A stretch of DNA of 64,000 bases from Methanothermococcus sp. Ax23 (GTDB taxonomy: Archaea; AGJL01; Methanococci; Methanococcales; Methanococcaceae). Below, piece by piece: positions 9,569-21,663 of this stretch. The translations under genes were made by a program, and so were the position numbers. The stretch lies in contig NZ_CP157522.1 of the NCBI RefSeq assembly GCF_049075655.1, positions 1,536,001 through 1,600,000 on the forward strand, read 5' to 3'. The notes beneath the pieces were generated by a model. It worked only from the letters and a program-made list of their open reading frames with translations, did no database searches and was not told the DNA's origin. Numbering within the stretch: the stretch's first letter is position 1; each line of letters starts with the position of its first letter.

Positions 9569-10348
9569 TCAATATTGGTTTTTGTTTTTAATGTCCTTAA
9601 AATAAAGACCATGTTCTTTAAGGAATACTGAGACCTGCTCTTTTAAATAATCATCACTTGAAACAATGCCATGAGGGTAAATATAAACCTTATTTTCAAT
9701 ATTTATTCTTGGATGATTGAGTTCAAGTTGCACATCATCTAAAAGGCATTTTTTCAGATGATTTGTAGTTTTTGTTAGATTCAAGAGCATGGGAGGATTG
9801 TATGGTGGGTTATTTTTTGGCAGGTTCCATCTTGTGCCGTAATATATAACATAACTGGGGTTTATTAGAATAACAACTTCACCATGTATTTCCAAAACAA
9901 GAGTCCATGAAAACACACCTCTTGTGAACCCCAAAAGCCTCCCGAGGTAGGTTGTTTTTGGGTTGTTGTAGCAAACCTTCAAAGTTCGTCCAACAATCCT
10001 TGAAAGTGCTTCTTTTGTATGTATGTTTTTTGGATTTGTGGGCAGGGAAGTTTTTGGGAGTATATTTATGGGGATGCATTTTTCTGGTTTAATCATATGA
10101 AGTGCTTTTAAAGGATAAAAATAACAATGATTCTTTTTATTTAGCATCACAATGCCTTCCATTAATCCATTGAAATCAGATTTTATAATCTTGCCCCTGT
10201 ATGTATTAAAGGACTTATTAAGTGTAAATTCTGCAAATATGTCATTTTTTAATACATATTTTGGTTTCAAAGTAAAAACCCCCAATATTATTAAAATTAT
10301 TTTAAATCGCTCATTTTTTAAATTTTGATAACGTGTATTTAACACCAT
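9569..10348 (-). CDS. Hypothetical protein (start uncertain)
   Basis: 259-aa ORF filling the gap between genes; no recognised motif. Confidence 0.6.
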   Translation of the reverse strand: MVLNTRYQNLKNERFKIILIILGVFTLKPKYVLKNDIFAEFTLNKSFNTYRGKIIKSDFNGLMEGIVMLNKKNHCYFYPLKALHMIKPEKCIPINILPKTSLPTNPKNIHTKEALSRIVGRTLKVCYNNPKTTYLGRLLGFTRGVFSWTLVLEIHGEVVILINPSYVIYYGTRWNLPKNNPPYNPPMLLNLTKTTNHLKKCLLDDVQLELNHPRINIENKVYIYPHGIVSSDDYLKEQVSVFLKEHGLYFKDIKNKNQY

Positions 10349-10408
10349 ATTAAATTAAAAAATTAAAATATTGTATATAATATAAATAATATATGTAATA
10401 TATAATAT

Positions 10409-11314
10409 TTATTCAAATAATTCTCTTAATTTTATCTGGAATTTACCTAATTTTCCACCGTAGTTTCCTGCTGTGATTTTCTTAACTCCTTTAACAGTTG
10501 TAGCTGCTAAAATTCCTGCCTTTGTAGCTTCTTTAACTGCTTCTTCATCAACACCATCGATTACAATTTCATAAACTCCATTTACATCTTCTGGAACTTC
10601 TGAATCTTCAACAGCATCCTTTAATGTTGGGCACATTTTGTGGTTTGTTGTAGCAACCATGAAGTTGTATTTTGGATTTGAAGCTCCTACTTTACTTCCT
10701 GATGCAACAATTCCACCTGGGAATGGTGTAATGGTTTTTTCTACTGCGTTTATAGCATCTATTGCAGCTTCTGCTGCTGTTAAAGCTGTCATGTTGCTGT
10801 CAGCCATTATAAAGAAGTTTCCTCCTGCAACTCCTTTCTTAATACCCAATTTGCTTTCAACTACGAATTCTCCACCCATTACTGGTATTTTATAAACTGT
10901 TCTTTCTCCAACTTTGTCTTTTTTCTCGTATCCATCTCCGAAGAATTTTAATTTAAACCCTACTTTTAACTGCTCATCAGCATCTTCTCCCATAGCATCA
11001 AATACTGCTGTTGTAGGTGCTGTTAAAACACACTGTCCCAATCTTTCCAACAACTGATGTTCGAGCTCGGATTTTTTAGGGTGGCATATTTCTATAATGT
11101 ATCCTGGTCTTCCATCTGGTGTTTCTGTTGGTGGAACATATTTTTCAATACCTGCTTCTGCTGGACACATGATAACTGAACATCCAAATCCTGTTGCTTC
11201 TGTTGCTGCTATTTTTGCAAGTCTTTCTGTTGCTGCTGTAATTAAAACTCTTGAAACCCATATTGGGAATGCTTCTGCAAATGTATCTTCTATAAATACA
11301 CCATTTATTTCCAT
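10409..11314 (-). CDS. ftr: Formylmethanofuran:H4MPT formyltransferase
   Basis: [16 protein letters not shown]...[12 protein letters not shown]...[10 protein letters not shown]. Confidence 0.97.
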   Translation of the reverse strand: MEINGVFIEDTFAEAFPIWVSRVLITAATERLAKIAATEATGFGCSVIMCPAEAGIEKYVPPTETPDGRPGYIIEICHPKKSELEHQLLERLGQCVLTAPTTAVFDAMGEDADEQLKVGFKLKFFGDGYEKKDKVGERTVYKIPVMGGEFVVESKLGIKKGVAGGNFFIMADSNMTALTAAEAAIDAINAVEKTITPFPGGIVASGSKVGASNPKYNFMVATTNHKMCPTLKDAVEDSEVPEDVNGVYEIVIDGVDEEAVKEATKAGILAATTVKGVKKITAGNYGGKLGKFQIKLRELFE

Positions 11315-11568
11315 GATTTCACCTTTTTTATCTTTTATTTATTTTTTATATTTTTATATTTTTATTTTATTTTTCTTCTTTTTTATCTTTTTTCTAATGT
11401 ATATTTATATAATGTATATCGCTATATTGATAAACCATAATGAAGCAAACATTCATTTATGGTTTTACTTCTTATTTTTTAAATACTAAATATTAACAGT
11501 ATAAAATTAATTAAACTAATATTAATAATTTATTATTTAATTTTTTAATTATTATTTATTTTAATTTT

Positions 11569-12360
11569 TTATTCATCATCAGTATTTTTTGCAGTATCCA
11601 ATACAGTATAACTTATCTTATTTTTATCCAGTACCTTCACAATCTTTTCAGTCATCTTCCCAGTAATGAGACATAAGACATCACAACCTCTATTGCAGGC
11701 ACTCACAACCCCTTCCGGAACTGCAAATCTTATATCTGGATTGATACCCAATTTTTTAGATACTACATAGGATATAGTTCCCATACTTGCTGTTACTGCA
11801 TCTTTATTTTCATCAAATATGTTTTTGATTAAATTGTAATCCACGTTCTGAGAACCTCCTTTAACCTTTGGAGGTATCTTTAATATAATAACCTTTCCTT
11901 TTTTTATTTCTATCATGCCTGTTATGTCAGTTATGGCGATATCTTCCCCTTTTTTACCGCCTTCAACAACTTTTGCGGTGGATTCTGATTTAATAGATTT
12001 TGAGGCGTATAAATGTCCTTTTTTCATGAATAAATATGCTTCATCCCCTTCTTTCAAATCTTCATAGGCGATGGCAGGCCATATTTCTTTATATCTATAT
12101 ATATCCTGATTTACATCGTTTAAATAATTTTTAAACTCAGAAATCCATGTTTTTAACGCCCTCATTCCTTTATCTGTAAGGACATATTCCCCTCGACCTC
12201 TTGATTTGATATAATCCTTCTTTAAAAGATTTCTTATATGTTCAGAAACTCCCTGAACTGTTATGCCTAAAACTTCTGCTATTTCTTTCTGTTTTATATG
12301 TGGCTGTTTTCTTACAATTTCAGAAAGTATTTGAAACTCAGTAATATTCCTCTTCTTCAT
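11569..12360 (-). CDS. Winged-helix transcriptional regulator
   Basis: QKEIAEVLGITVQGVSEHIRNL HTH; GGTGA RBS before ATG 12360. Confidence 0.8.
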   Translation of the reverse strand: MKKRNITEFQILSEIVRKQPHIKQKEIAEVLGITVQGVSEHIRNLLKKDYIKSRGRGEYVLTDKGMRALKTWISEFKNYLNDVNQDIYRYKEIWPAIAYEDLKEGDEAYLFMKKGHLYASKSIKSESTAKVVEGGKKGEDIAITDITGMIEIKKGKVIILKIPPKVKGGSQNVDYNLIKNIFDENKDAVTASMGTISYVVSKKLGINPDIRFAVPEGVVSACNRGCDVLCLITGKMTEKIVKVLDKNKISYTVLDTAKNTDDE

Positions 12361-12679
12361 GTTATCACCAAATGAAACGAAAGTGAGCTCTGAAAGAACA
12401 ATAGGTTCGCAAAAATATGAAATAATTTTTAATTGCTTCCAATTATATGAAAACCTTTTCGATTTTATGCTCAAATTGGAGATTTATTCAACAGCAAGTG
12501 TAATGAGCACACGAGACTATAAAATCCCATGGATTTCATTTAATCACCAATATTATTTATATTATACATGACAATAAACTATTATTATTATATTATTGTA
12601 TTTTAGTTAATAAAGATATGTTTATTATAATTTATATATTTATTCAAATTATGTTTATTTACAACACATTGGTGATGAT

Positions 12680-13477
12680 ATGGTGGATATTCTTTTGGTA
12701 AATGATGATGGGATATACTCGAATGGATTGCTGGCGTTAAAATCTGTTTTAAAGGAGGAGTTAGATGCTAATGTTGTAATTGTAGCTCCAACAAACCAGC
12801 AAAGCGGAGTTGGTAGGGCCATTAGTCTATTTGAACCTTTAAGGATAACCAAGACAAGACTTTCTAATGGAGATTACGGTTATGCAGTTTCAGGGACTCC
12901 CACAGACTGCGTAATATTGGGAATTTATAAAATCTTAAAAAAGATTCCTGATATAGTTATTTCGGGCATAAATGTGGGTGAGAATTTAGGGACTGAAATA
13001 ACGACTTCTGGAACACTTGGGGCAGCATTTGAAGGGGCTCACCATGGGGCAAAATCCCTCGCATGTTCATTACAAATTACTGCTGACCATTTGAAATTTA
13101 GGGAAGGGGAAACACCAGTGGATTTCATCACACCTTCAAAAATTACATCTAAGATTGTTAAAAAATATCTCGATGGTAATTTTCCATGTGATGTGATTAA
13201 TTTAAATATCCCTGAGGATGCGGACGAAAATACGCCAATAGAAATTACAAAATTGGCAAAAAAGATGTACACCACCCATGTGGAAGAAAGAACCGACCCT
13301 AGAGGGAGGGATTACTACTGGATAGATGGTTATCCAATAATGGAAGAAGAGGAGGGGACAGATGTATATGTTCTGAGAAAAAAAGGTCATATATCATTAA
13401 CACCCCTCACCCTGGATACTACCATAAAAAACCTAAATGAATTTAAAGATAAATATGAAAAAGTATTAAATTATTAA
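12680..13477 (+). CDS. surE: 5'/3'-nucleotidase SurE
   Basis: LLVNDDG, QQSGVG, GTPTDCV, SGINVGEN, SGTLGAA. Confidence 0.95.
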   Translation: MVDILLVNDDGIYSNGLLALKSVLKEELDANVVIVAPTNQQSGVGRAISLFEPLRITKTRLSNGDYGYAVSGTPTDCVILGIYKILKKIPDIVISGINVGENLGTEITTSGTLGAAFEGAHHGAKSLACSLQITADHLKFREGETPVDFITPSKITSKIVKKYLDGNFPCDVINLNIPEDADENTPIEITKLAKKMYTTHVEERTDPRGRDYYWIDGYPIMEEEEGTDVYVLRKKGHISLTPLTLDTTIKNLNEFKDKYEKVLNY

Positions 13478-13555
13478 TCTAATTTGCACAATGTGATGAT
13501 ATATTTAAGTTTATATATTTAATTTATTATTGAATAATTTAAATGCGTGATATAC

Positions 13556-14236
13556 ATGTGGGAAAAATTAAGTAATTTAAAAAAATTTTATGTGAAAAAG
13601 AGCAGTAGAAAGGGAACCGATAGAATGGCACTTTTGATAGATGGTCCAAATATGTTGAGAAAGGAATTTAATATAGATTTGGATAAAATAAGAGAGGTTT
13701 TAGATGAATTTGGAAGCATTATAATTGGGAGGGTTTATTTAAATCAGTATGCATCGGATAAATTAATCGAGGCTATTGCAAATCAAGGTTTTGAGCCAAG
13801 AATCTCAGCAGGAGATGTTGATGTGGAGATGGCTGTGGAGGGAACAGAGCTCATATTCAACAATAACATTGATACCATTGTTTATATGACTAGGGATGCA
13901 GATTTCCTCCCTGCAATTAGAAAGGCTAAGGAACACGGTAAAAAGATTATAGTAATAGGGGCAGAACCTGGTTTCAGCACGGCAATTCAAAATATAGCAG
14001 ACCATGTAATTAAAATAGAAGAAGATTTTGAGTTGGATAGGGAAAAATTAGAACAAAAAAAGAAGGATAAAAAGAACCATGATGATAAAAAAGAGAGAGA
14101 AAAAGAATATAATAAAAGAAACGATGAAAAAGAAGAATATGATAATAATGAGGAACGGGATTTCTACAATGAAGAAGAGGGATATAATAAGGATAAATCG
14201 TCAATTATGAATAAAATAAACTGGTTTAAAAAATAG
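13556..14236 (+). CDS. NYN-domain protein (TIGR00288-like) with charged C-terminal tail
   Basis: IDGPN, DVDVEMA, TRDADFLP. Confidence 0.85.
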   Translation: MWEKLSNLKKFYVKKSSRKGTDRMALLIDGPNMLRKEFNIDLDKIREVLDEFGSIIIGRVYLNQYASDKLIEAIANQGFEPRISAGDVDVEMAVEGTELIFNNNIDTIVYMTRDADFLPAIRKAKEHGKKIIVIGAEPGFSTAIQNIADHVIKIEEDFELDREKLEQKKKDKKNHDDKKEREKEYNKRNDEKEEYDNNEERDFYNEEEGYNKDKSSIMNKINWFKK

Positions 14237-14325
14237 ATGGCATATAATTAATGAATAATCCAAAAAATAAATAAAAAAATAGTAATAATAAGCAAATAAG
14301 AAATAAAATAAATCAATTTTACTAT

Positions 14326-14413
14326 TTGCTTGCGGTAGCAAGCGACCTAAAACCTTTGGTTTTAAGTTTTACTCATTTCATTCGTAAATGCAATAAAATG
14401 CGAAGCATTTTAT
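14326..14413. repeat. Stacked short-hairpin repeat cluster just downstream of mrtA
   Basis: tgcttgc-ggta-gcaagcg, ctaaaacc-ttt-ggttttaa, ataaaatgc-gaa-gcattttat. Confidence 0.8.
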
Positions 14414-14420
14414 CTATTTT

Positions 14421-16079
14421 TTAATGATTTCCGGGAATAATTAAATCCCTTTCACCCGCAGGTTCAAACTCCCTCAGAGCTCCTTTTGCAATGCACTTTC
14501 TTGGCCACTTAAAGTCAAATACCAGGTGCTTATCTGCAAATGCTACTTTAACAAGTGGGTTAAAGCAGAAGGCGTCTCCTCTTGCAGCGTGTGGTGCCTG
14601 GGCTATACCTGTATATTCTGGCTGATGTCCTACATTCATGGCATAGTTTGGATAGTTTGGACCTCTTGCCTCATGCAATGCACCTTCGTCAGCTCTAATG
14701 GATACGGAGTTTGCTGCTCCACACTGGTCTTGTAAGTCATATCCATAGAACCCCAATCTACTGTGGTATTCTTTGTGTAATATCTGGCTTAGATACCATC
14801 CATTAATTCCAGCATTTGAATTTCCTGTGGCAAATGCAACGGAACAGCCTGCTGCTGCTGCAACAACTCCTGTCCTCTGAGAACCTCCAAAGTGGTCTTC
14901 CAATAATGTAGGGTATTCATCATACTGTTCCATACCATACAATGTTACTTCTGTCGCAATATCCCTCACAACATCCATCGAAGCCTCTACACCACACATC
15001 CCATATTTGTCTTCCACATAATCCTTTCCATAATACACAAAATCATCCAAAATATCATCTGTATAGGTCGCACTTGCATACTGTGTAAATCCTACCCCTC
15101 CTGACATGTAGGAGCCAAGCCATACTTGGTCGTAGAATGTTGCCGCAGCTCCGATTACCTCCAAGGTCACTTCCGCAGGGTCATCACATACCCTTGATGT
15201 TTGAATTATGTCGGCAAATACACCGAATGGAACTCCCCCTGGTTCATTTGCCCCTCTTGCCCTTCTTGCAGGAAGTATTGTTCCCATCTGGATAACATCT
15301 GCGTGTTTTGCCGCATATGAGAAATCAGCAATTGCAGCTTCCCCAGCACAGAGTTTGTATGCCGTAATAAATGACATTCCAATCTGCATAGCAGACCATC
15401 TTGAAACTGTTCCACCATCACAGCACCTTACAACTACTGTTGGAACCCTTGAAACCTGATATGTTTTATTTCCAATGTATTTTTTTAACATCTCTGCCTG
15501 TTCTTCTGGGAACTCTTTGTTTATGTCGATTAAAAATCTTTTGTCGAGCTCATCTGCTAATTCATCATTTCCTGTAAATATTTTTGCATAGCAATCCCAA
15601 ACTAAACCTGGATGAACCTCAACCATGTGCTCCTGAACAACGGCACCTCCTGGCAGTGCGTGATTAACTGTTTCCATATATTCGTTTATTGTTTCAGGCG
15701 TAACCTCTACACCGAGCCTTTTTTCAAGAACAGCATGTCCTGTGTCCATACCTACAATGACCGTCCTTTTAATATCATCTACAAGCTGCTGAATTGCCGC
15801 GTTATTACAAAAGTGCAAATCATCTCCTTCCACATACTCGTCTGTTCCAGATATTTTATAGGTCATTAATGTTCTTTGTCCCAATGGAACTCCAATATCT
15901 GGGTTGTATCCGGGAATTCCCCTTTTTGATGTTATTTCCTGAGCTGCTTCATAGAACTCTCTTTTTCTTGCAGACTGTTTCCATCCTCCGAAGCAGTAAA
16001 AGCTCGTGTATTTTTCTTTTGGGTCTTCTTCGAATTTTTCCTTCAACGCCTTTAAGAACAATTTCTTTTCAGCATCCAT
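14421..16079 (-). CDS. mrtA: Methyl-coenzyme M reductase II alpha subunit
   Basis: [50 protein letters not shown]; operon order B-D-G-A without mcrC. Confidence 0.95.
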   Translation of the reverse strand: MDAEKKLFLKALKEKFEEDPKEKYTSFYCFGGWKQSARKREFYEAAQEITSKRGIPGYNPDIGVPLGQRTLMTYKISGTDEYVEGDDLHFCNNAAIQQLVDDIKRTVIVGMDTGHAVLEKRLGVEVTPETINEYMETVNHALPGGAVVQEHMVEVHPGLVWDCYAKIFTGNDELADELDKRFLIDINKEFPEEQAEMLKKYIGNKTYQVSRVPTVVVRCCDGGTVSRWSAMQIGMSFITAYKLCAGEAAIADFSYAAKHADVIQMGTILPARRARGANEPGGVPFGVFADIIQTSRVCDDPAEVTLEVIGAAATFYDQVWLGSYMSGGVGFTQYASATYTDDILDDFVYYGKDYVEDKYGMCGVEASMDVVRDIATEVTLYGMEQYDEYPTLLEDHFGGSQRTGVVAAAAGCSVAFATGNSNAGINGWYLSQILHKEYHSRLGFYGYDLQDQCGAANSVSIRADEGALHEARGPNYPNYAMNVGHQPEYTGIAQAPHAARGDAFCFNPLVKVAFADKHLVFDFKWPRKCIAKGALREFEPAGERDLIIPGNH

Positions 16080-16882
16080 TATTCCTCACCTAATCTCTTT
16101 TTCAAATCGTGTTTAAATGCGTTCATTCCAAATCCGCCTTCACTCCTTGCCACATGTATTGTTTCAACAACCTCTAATGCCTCTTTGTCTTCCCTCATTC
16201 CAATATTGTCCTTTCTATAAATGGTCGTAATTTTTGCAAGATATTCTTGTGGAAGCGGTTCTCCAACATCTACTGGTTCATCCAAAGGTATTCCAACTTG
16301 TTCCTTTACATACAGAACATGCCCTGTTTTTTCATCGTAGATGTATCTCTGCAATCCATCAAACATGAGCCCATTTTCATCTAACCTCAATGAGTGCCCA
16401 TGCACAGTAGCTCCTCTCATACCACATGTTGCAGGGTCAAAGATTTCTGTTTCAACTAACCACTTTGAAATCTTTTCCAAGTCGAGCTCCCTTATTTCAA
16501 TAACCTGCCTTCCTGAGAGTGTCCCAGTATCTACTCCCCTAAATCTCCACATGTATGTTCTAGCTCTATCATAAGGTTGAGCTGGTGCGTTATACATAGA
16601 ATCTGCAAACTGAATATATCTAACCCTTATACCTTCTTTTGCTCCTTCAATTGGTTCTACAAGGTCTTTAATTGCATCCTCTTCAAAGTCCATTTCTTCC
16701 AATGGTGGGTGAACTGTTCTATAACTTTCTCCGGGGTTTCTATGTCCCAGAACTCTGACCAAATCATCATCTGAAATTTCCCTTAGTTTTTTTAATTCAC
16801 AGTTCGGGTCCATGTGCTTTCTTCTATTTTCACCTATTATCGTTTCCCCAGGGTAAAACTGCGGTTTATAATTCCCTTTCAT
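16079..16882 (-). CDS. mrtG: Methyl-coenzyme M reductase II gamma subunit
   Basis: [39 protein letters not shown]. Confidence 0.95.
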   Translation of the reverse strand: MKGNYKPQFYPGETIIGENRRKHMDPNCELKKLREISDDDLVRVLGHRNPGESYRTVHPPLEEMDFEEDAIKDLVEPIEGAKEGIRVRYIQFADSMYNAPAQPYDRARTYMWRFRGVDTGTLSGRQVIEIRELDLEKISKWLVETEIFDPATCGMRGATVHGHSLRLDENGLMFDGLQRYIYDEKTGHVLYVKEQVGIPLDEPVDVGEPLPQEYLAKITTIYRKDNIGMREDKEALEVVETIHVARSEGGFGMNAFKHDLKKRLGEE

Positions 16883-17377
16883 TTAATCACCTTTAATCAT
16901 CTTAACTTTATCAGAAGTTCTTGCAGTAGGGTCAGCCATTCCTATTAATCTAGGGTCTATTTTATCCTCAAACCCTTCTCCATACTTTAAATAGTCGGAA
17001 ACTGTTGGTTTTACTTTTGTAAATGCTCCCAAGTTCAAATTATAACCGAATGGGAATGCTTTTTTACATATTTCATCTAATTTTTCTGAGAGCTCTACAC
17101 TTTTTTCGTATGGAACTGTGATGATGAATTTCCCAACCTTAACGGTTAGTTCAACATCTTTCCCATTAACATTGATGACTTTCCTATCTGGATGATTTAC
17201 AGGGGTGCCTCTTGCAGGTCCGTAATAAACATATTTTGGTAAAGATTGACCATGAATAATTACCCTTATTATGTCCTTTCCAAGACTATAAATTGAATTT
17301 AACACTCTTTCAGTGGTTTCGGGCTTTAAATATCTGTAAGGGAATATTTGAATATCTACGGCTTTTATTTCTTCCAT
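16883..17377 (-). CDS. mrtD: Methyl-coenzyme M reductase operon protein D
   Basis: IFPYRYLKPETTE, HGQSLP..YGPARG; lies between beta and gamma genes. Confidence 0.92.
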   Translation of the reverse strand: MEEIKAVDIQIFPYRYLKPETTERVLNSIYSLGKDIIRVIIHGQSLPKYVYYGPARGTPVNHPDRKVINVNGKDVELTVKVGKFIITVPYEKSVELSEKLDEICKKAFPFGYNLNLGAFTKVKPTVSDYLKYGEGFEDKIDPRLIGMADPTARTSDKVKMIKGD

Positions 17378-17440
17378 AATTTCACCCATGAGCTTTAATA
17401 ATAAATATGTAGCAAGATAATGCACTAAGAAGGTTAAATT

Positions 17441-18775
17441 TTAAAGTTTATCTCTAATCTCTGAGACCCCCAAGGCAACATGCTTCAACGGCTCCCTCAG
17501 ATAGTCAATGGCACTATAAACCATACCTACCAATGAAGATGTTTTTTCAACGGAAAACATCTGAGTTCCTGCATCAAGGCACATGGCAGCGGCGGCACAT
17601 GGAATGGCAAATCCTTTACTATGTCTTGTAACTACGTGGTTTCCATGGAATGTTCCTGGACCTCCACCGCCGTAGATAGAATGACTGAAAAAGCTGAAAC
17701 CTACCCCAGTTCCCTCTGTTCTACCGAAATCAACACCCGGCAATCCAGTTTCATATTCAAGAATATCGTTGTAATAAAGCACCGTTGAAGCTACACCCTG
17801 TGCAGCCCTTGCTGCCCCAACATTCACCATAATGGATGCAACCAATCCCGCCGCTGCATAAGCATTCCACAATGCCCAGTCAGCAGGTTCATAAACTACA
17901 AATCCCGATGGCATGGTTTTTGATGGTTTAATTACTTTGTCCTCCAGAGCTCTTTCAACAACTGATGCTACAACAGTTCCCACTGTTCCGCTTTTACCGT
18001 TTTCTTTAACAATCTCATAAACAAGGTTGTTAGCGTTCAATCCTTGGAATGCTAAACCAAGTAAGTGGTATCTTTCAAATGCACCTACTGCATCCCCTGT
18101 TTCAAACATTGCCGTTTGTTCTAAAATGGATGACAACGCCACGGCATTTAATGTCTTTTTTCTTGTGATTGCCACGACGTGGTTTGCCATGATATTTCTC
18201 AACCCATATCCGAGACCTTCAAGCATTACAGGCGGACCAAGCAATGCCGCAATATTTGCACCGTGGAAATCTATTGATTGAGGATATCTTCCCAAAACCG
18301 CAGTTTTAATATTTGGTGCATTAAACATATTCACGTCAAAAGTATCAACTATTGACTGAGTTACCGCAGCTCCTGTGGCTAAGGTGGATATCGTATAATC
18401 GGCAGCTACTTTTAACCTCTTTGAAGGCAGCTGAACAAGCATTTGATTTCCATTGTTAATCAATTTAACAACTGTATCGTCCCCATCATGCACTTGAATC
18501 AGTTTTTTTACCTTTTCTGCAATAATTTCGGCATTTTCTACTATTGGCAAATCGAGCTCTCTCCCAGGGCAAACGCATGCCTTACCTCCAATTGCCCCAC
18601 TTTTTAGTGCATTCTGAATTCCAGACAGATTTACTGCAACAGACCTCTTAACATCGCCAATTATTTTCTCCACCGTTGGATTGATAATTGGGCTTATGGC
18701 GTCCAGTGGCACATTTTCTTCAAGAAGTTTTCCCTTCTCATCATACAAATCTATTTTATCTTCATATATAGTCAT
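17441..18775 (-). CDS. mrtB: Methyl-coenzyme M reductase II beta subunit
   Basis: [29 protein letters not shown]. Confidence 0.95.
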   Translation of the reverse strand: MTIYEDKIDLYDEKGKLLEENVPLDAISPIINPTVEKIIGDVKRSVAVNLSGIQNALKSGAIGGKACVCPGRELDLPIVENAEIIAEKVKKLIQVHDGDDTVVKLINNGNQMLVQLPSKRLKVAADYTISTLATGAAVTQSIVDTFDVNMFNAPNIKTAVLGRYPQSIDFHGANIAALLGPPVMLEGLGYGLRNIMANHVVAITRKKTLNAVALSSILEQTAMFETGDAVGAFERYHLLGLAFQGLNANNLVYEIVKENGKSGTVGTVVASVVERALEDKVIKPSKTMPSGFVVYEPADWALWNAYAAAGLVASIMVNVGAARAAQGVASTVLYYNDILEYETGLPGVDFGRTEGTGVGFSFFSHSIYGGGGPGTFHGNHVVTRHSKGFAIPCAAAAMCLDAGTQMFSVEKTSSLVGMVYSAIDYLREPLKHVALGVSEIRDKL

Positions 18776-19678
18776 TCTAACACCTTAGTTTATACTATTT
18801 AAATAATAACTTTTTGTATAATTATAATATTTAGTATATAATATTTTCTATTAAATATTAAATAAATAAGATTATATACTGAAAAAATATTAAAACTATC
18901 ACACTGCAAAATAAATTACAATATTGACCCATAATAAATACATTAAAACATCGGCTAAATTGCTTTAAAAATGGCATTTTTTTGTGATATAGACATTAGA
19001 CATCATGCTGACCGACAACATTACTTCTAAATTTTGCAGATGCACAATAAAAACTAAAAAACTAAAATTTAGTATTTCCACATGTTTAGATTCACTCTTA
19101 GTTGTATGTGATAAATTGGAATATATTAAAACAATAATCAAAACTGCCCATTTTTACCTCCACTGTTTGTAGAATTAGATGAAATTCCAAGGAATTTCAT
19201 ACTATTTGATAGATAAATTCGTGGGTTTTTGCATTATGCAAAGCGAGAAGTTTTACAGTAATAGTGAAGTTATATTATAAAATCCCGGGGCTTTATTCAA
19301 TCACTAATTTATCAATTCTTCGCTTAGCTTAGGAACTTCGTGGAAATACCATAGTAAGTTTTATGGATTGTTATTAATTTAGAGTGGCAAAGTTTAGAGT
19401 GGTTTATATTTGTTAGATTTGTGGTTCCTATGGTTTTTGACCCCCCAAATTATTATTTACAATAACTTATATATAATACTTTCTATCTATTTTGTAATAT
19501 TATTAATGAATTGGTTATACAATAATAATATGAAATAATTAAAATAATAAAATAAATATGAACATTTGAATAAATATTAACTATAATAGTATGATAGACA
19601 TTGAAGTTATGGAACTAAAAGTTAGAATATAGATTCCAATATATTATCAAATTAAATAAAATAAAAAAACGGTAAAAA

Positions 19679-20830
19679 ATGGATATCATGAACGCCATAG
19701 AAAAAATACAAAAAATAAGGAATGAATTGAACAGTTATTTTTTAGAAAGGAAGGAAGAGATAGACATCGCTCTAACTTCAATTTTGGCAAATGAGCACTG
19801 TATATTTTTAGGAAATCCGGGTGTTGCAAAATCCCAGTTAATCAGAGCGATTTCTTCCCATATATCTGATGCAGATTACTTTGAAAAACTCATTACACGA
19901 TTTTCAACAGAGGACGAGTTATTTGGTCCTTTAAGCATTAAAGAACTTAAAGATAATGATAGATTCACTAGAAAGACGGAAAATTATATGCCTGATGCAG
20001 AAATTGTATTTTTAGATGAGATTTTTAAGGCAAACAGTAGCATATTAAATGCACTGTTGTCCATAATAAACGAAAGAATATATCACAATGGTGATGAAGT
20101 CCAGGGAGCTCCCTTGATAAGTTTGTTTGGAGCATCCAATGAACTGCCCGAAGAAAATGGATTGTTTGCCTTTTATGACAGATTCTTGTTTAGGAAAATC
20201 GTTAAAAATATAAACAGCCGTGAAAATTTAAAAAAACTAGTTTATTTAGATGAGGATTATATACCAAAAACAAAGATTACCGTAGAGGATATTAAAAGAT
20301 TACAAAAAGAGGTTGAAAAAGTTAATATCGACGGTATTGTCGATTATCTGCTGGATATAAAAATGAAATTGAACCACCACAACATATTTATATCCGACAG
20401 ACGGCTTAAAAAATCCATTAAAGCCGTAAAAAGCTATGCATTGTTAAATGGAAAAAAAGAAGCTGATGAAAATGATTTAGAAATATTAAGACATATATTT
20501 TGGGACGAAGTGGAGGACTACCTTACAGTATCAAAGGTTATTTTTGAATGTTCAAACTCATATTCTCAGAAGGCATTGGAAAAGAAAGAGATTTTGGACA
20601 ATCTAAAAAAGGAATTAAAATACATCAACACTAAAAAAATCAAAAATTGCGGGAAGGATTATAACAAACTTATTGAAATGCTCTGCAAGGTTGGATATAT
20701 AAAATTAGAATTGAAAAAAATGAGAAGTGAGGCATCATCAAACGGCAAATCCTCGGAGGTTATAGATAACATATTAAATGACTGCAAAGAGTTTGATAAA
20801 ATCATTGAGGGGTTGCTGAATGAATTATAA
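19679..20830 (+). CDS. RavA/MoxR-type AAA+ ATPase
   Basis: GNPGVAKS, ELFGP, FLDEIFKANSSILNALL, GASNELP, DRF, ISDRR. Confidence 0.9.
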   Translation: MDIMNAIEKIQKIRNELNSYFLERKEEIDIALTSILANEHCIFLGNPGVAKSQLIRAISSHISDADYFEKLITRFSTEDELFGPLSIKELKDNDRFTRKTENYMPDAEIVFLDEIFKANSSILNALLSIINERIYHNGDEVQGAPLISLFGASNELPEENGLFAFYDRFLFRKIVKNINSRENLKKLVYLDEDYIPKTKITVEDIKRLQKEVEKVNIDGIVDYLLDIKMKLNHHNIFISDRRLKKSIKAVKSYALLNGKKEADENDLEILRHIFWDEVEDYLTVSKVIFECSNSYSQKALEKKEILDNLKKELKYINTKKIKNCGKDYNKLIEMLCKVGYIKLELKKMRSEASSNGKSSEVIDNILNDCKEFDKIIEGLLNEL

Positions 20831-21455
20831 AAATAGAGATTACAAAAAAATGTTTAGATTGGATGACATATCAAAATTAAAGGCATTAAGTGAGATATAC
20901 AATAAAGATGTAGATGACATAATAGAATTAAATATCTTGGATGACATATTTACACTGATTAGGGAAACGCGGGAAAGGGATTTTGCTGACATTGTTTATG
21001 AATTTCAGACATTGGATACTAAAAATAGGGAAATAATATCCCTTGGAATAAAAATTATTGGAAAGGTTGGGGAAAAGTATGTGGAAGAGGTTTATAACTA
21101 CATACCATATCTTATAAAATCACTTGATAGTGAATTCGATATAATAAGACATGCCAGTGCCGGAGCTCTTGCAAAAATTCCCTCGAAATTAACAATATAT
21201 GCCTACCCAAAACTTATAAAAAATTTAAATGATGAAATTTATGCAGATGCCATAGTTTCTTTGATTTTTAAGACAGAGAATAAGGAGGCATTATTATTGA
21301 ATTTATATAAGAAATTTTGTGATGAATACTCGCCCCATGTTCTGCATATATTGAATAAAATCAAAGAACGAGATAAAAATTTAATAGAGGATTTTATGCC
21401 GTTGATTTTAAAGTATAGGGATAATCTTGGAGAAATAAGAAGACTGACGGATTAA
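20820..21455 (+). CDS. Hypothetical HEAT-repeat-like protein
   Basis: IPYLIKSLDSEFDIIRHASAGALAKI HEAT-like unit; overlaps the ATPase stop. Confidence 0.6.
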   Translation: MNYKNRDYKKMFRLDDISKLKALSEIYNKDVDDIIELNILDDIFTLIRETRERDFADIVYEFQTLDTKNREIISLGIKIIGKVGEKYVEEVYNYIPYLIKSLDSEFDIIRHASAGALAKIPSKLTIYAYPKLIKNLNDEIYADAIVSLIFKTENKEALLLNLYKKFCDEYSPHVLHILNKIKERDKNLIEDFMPLILKYRDNLGEIRRLTD

Positions 21456-21569
21456 TTAAATAGGATATTCCCTACGAATTAATTCTTTTAATAATATGCC
21501 ACCCTTACCGTCTTTTTATTTTAATCTTTTTTCGTTGTTATGTTGCTAATTATTCGAAAATTGTACTAA

Positions 21570-21598
21570 TATTCGAGTTTTGAACCAGAAAAGATATA
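21570..21598 (+). promoter_or_regulatory. Putative operator plus BRE/TATA upstream of the PepSY gene
   Basis: tattcgagttttgaaccagaaaagatata, near-identical to 22334-22360. Confidence 0.6.
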
Positions 21599-21663
21599 TT
21601 ACAGTCCCAATACACATAATAACGGGATTACGAAATGTAATCCTAAATACTGAGGTGAATTGA

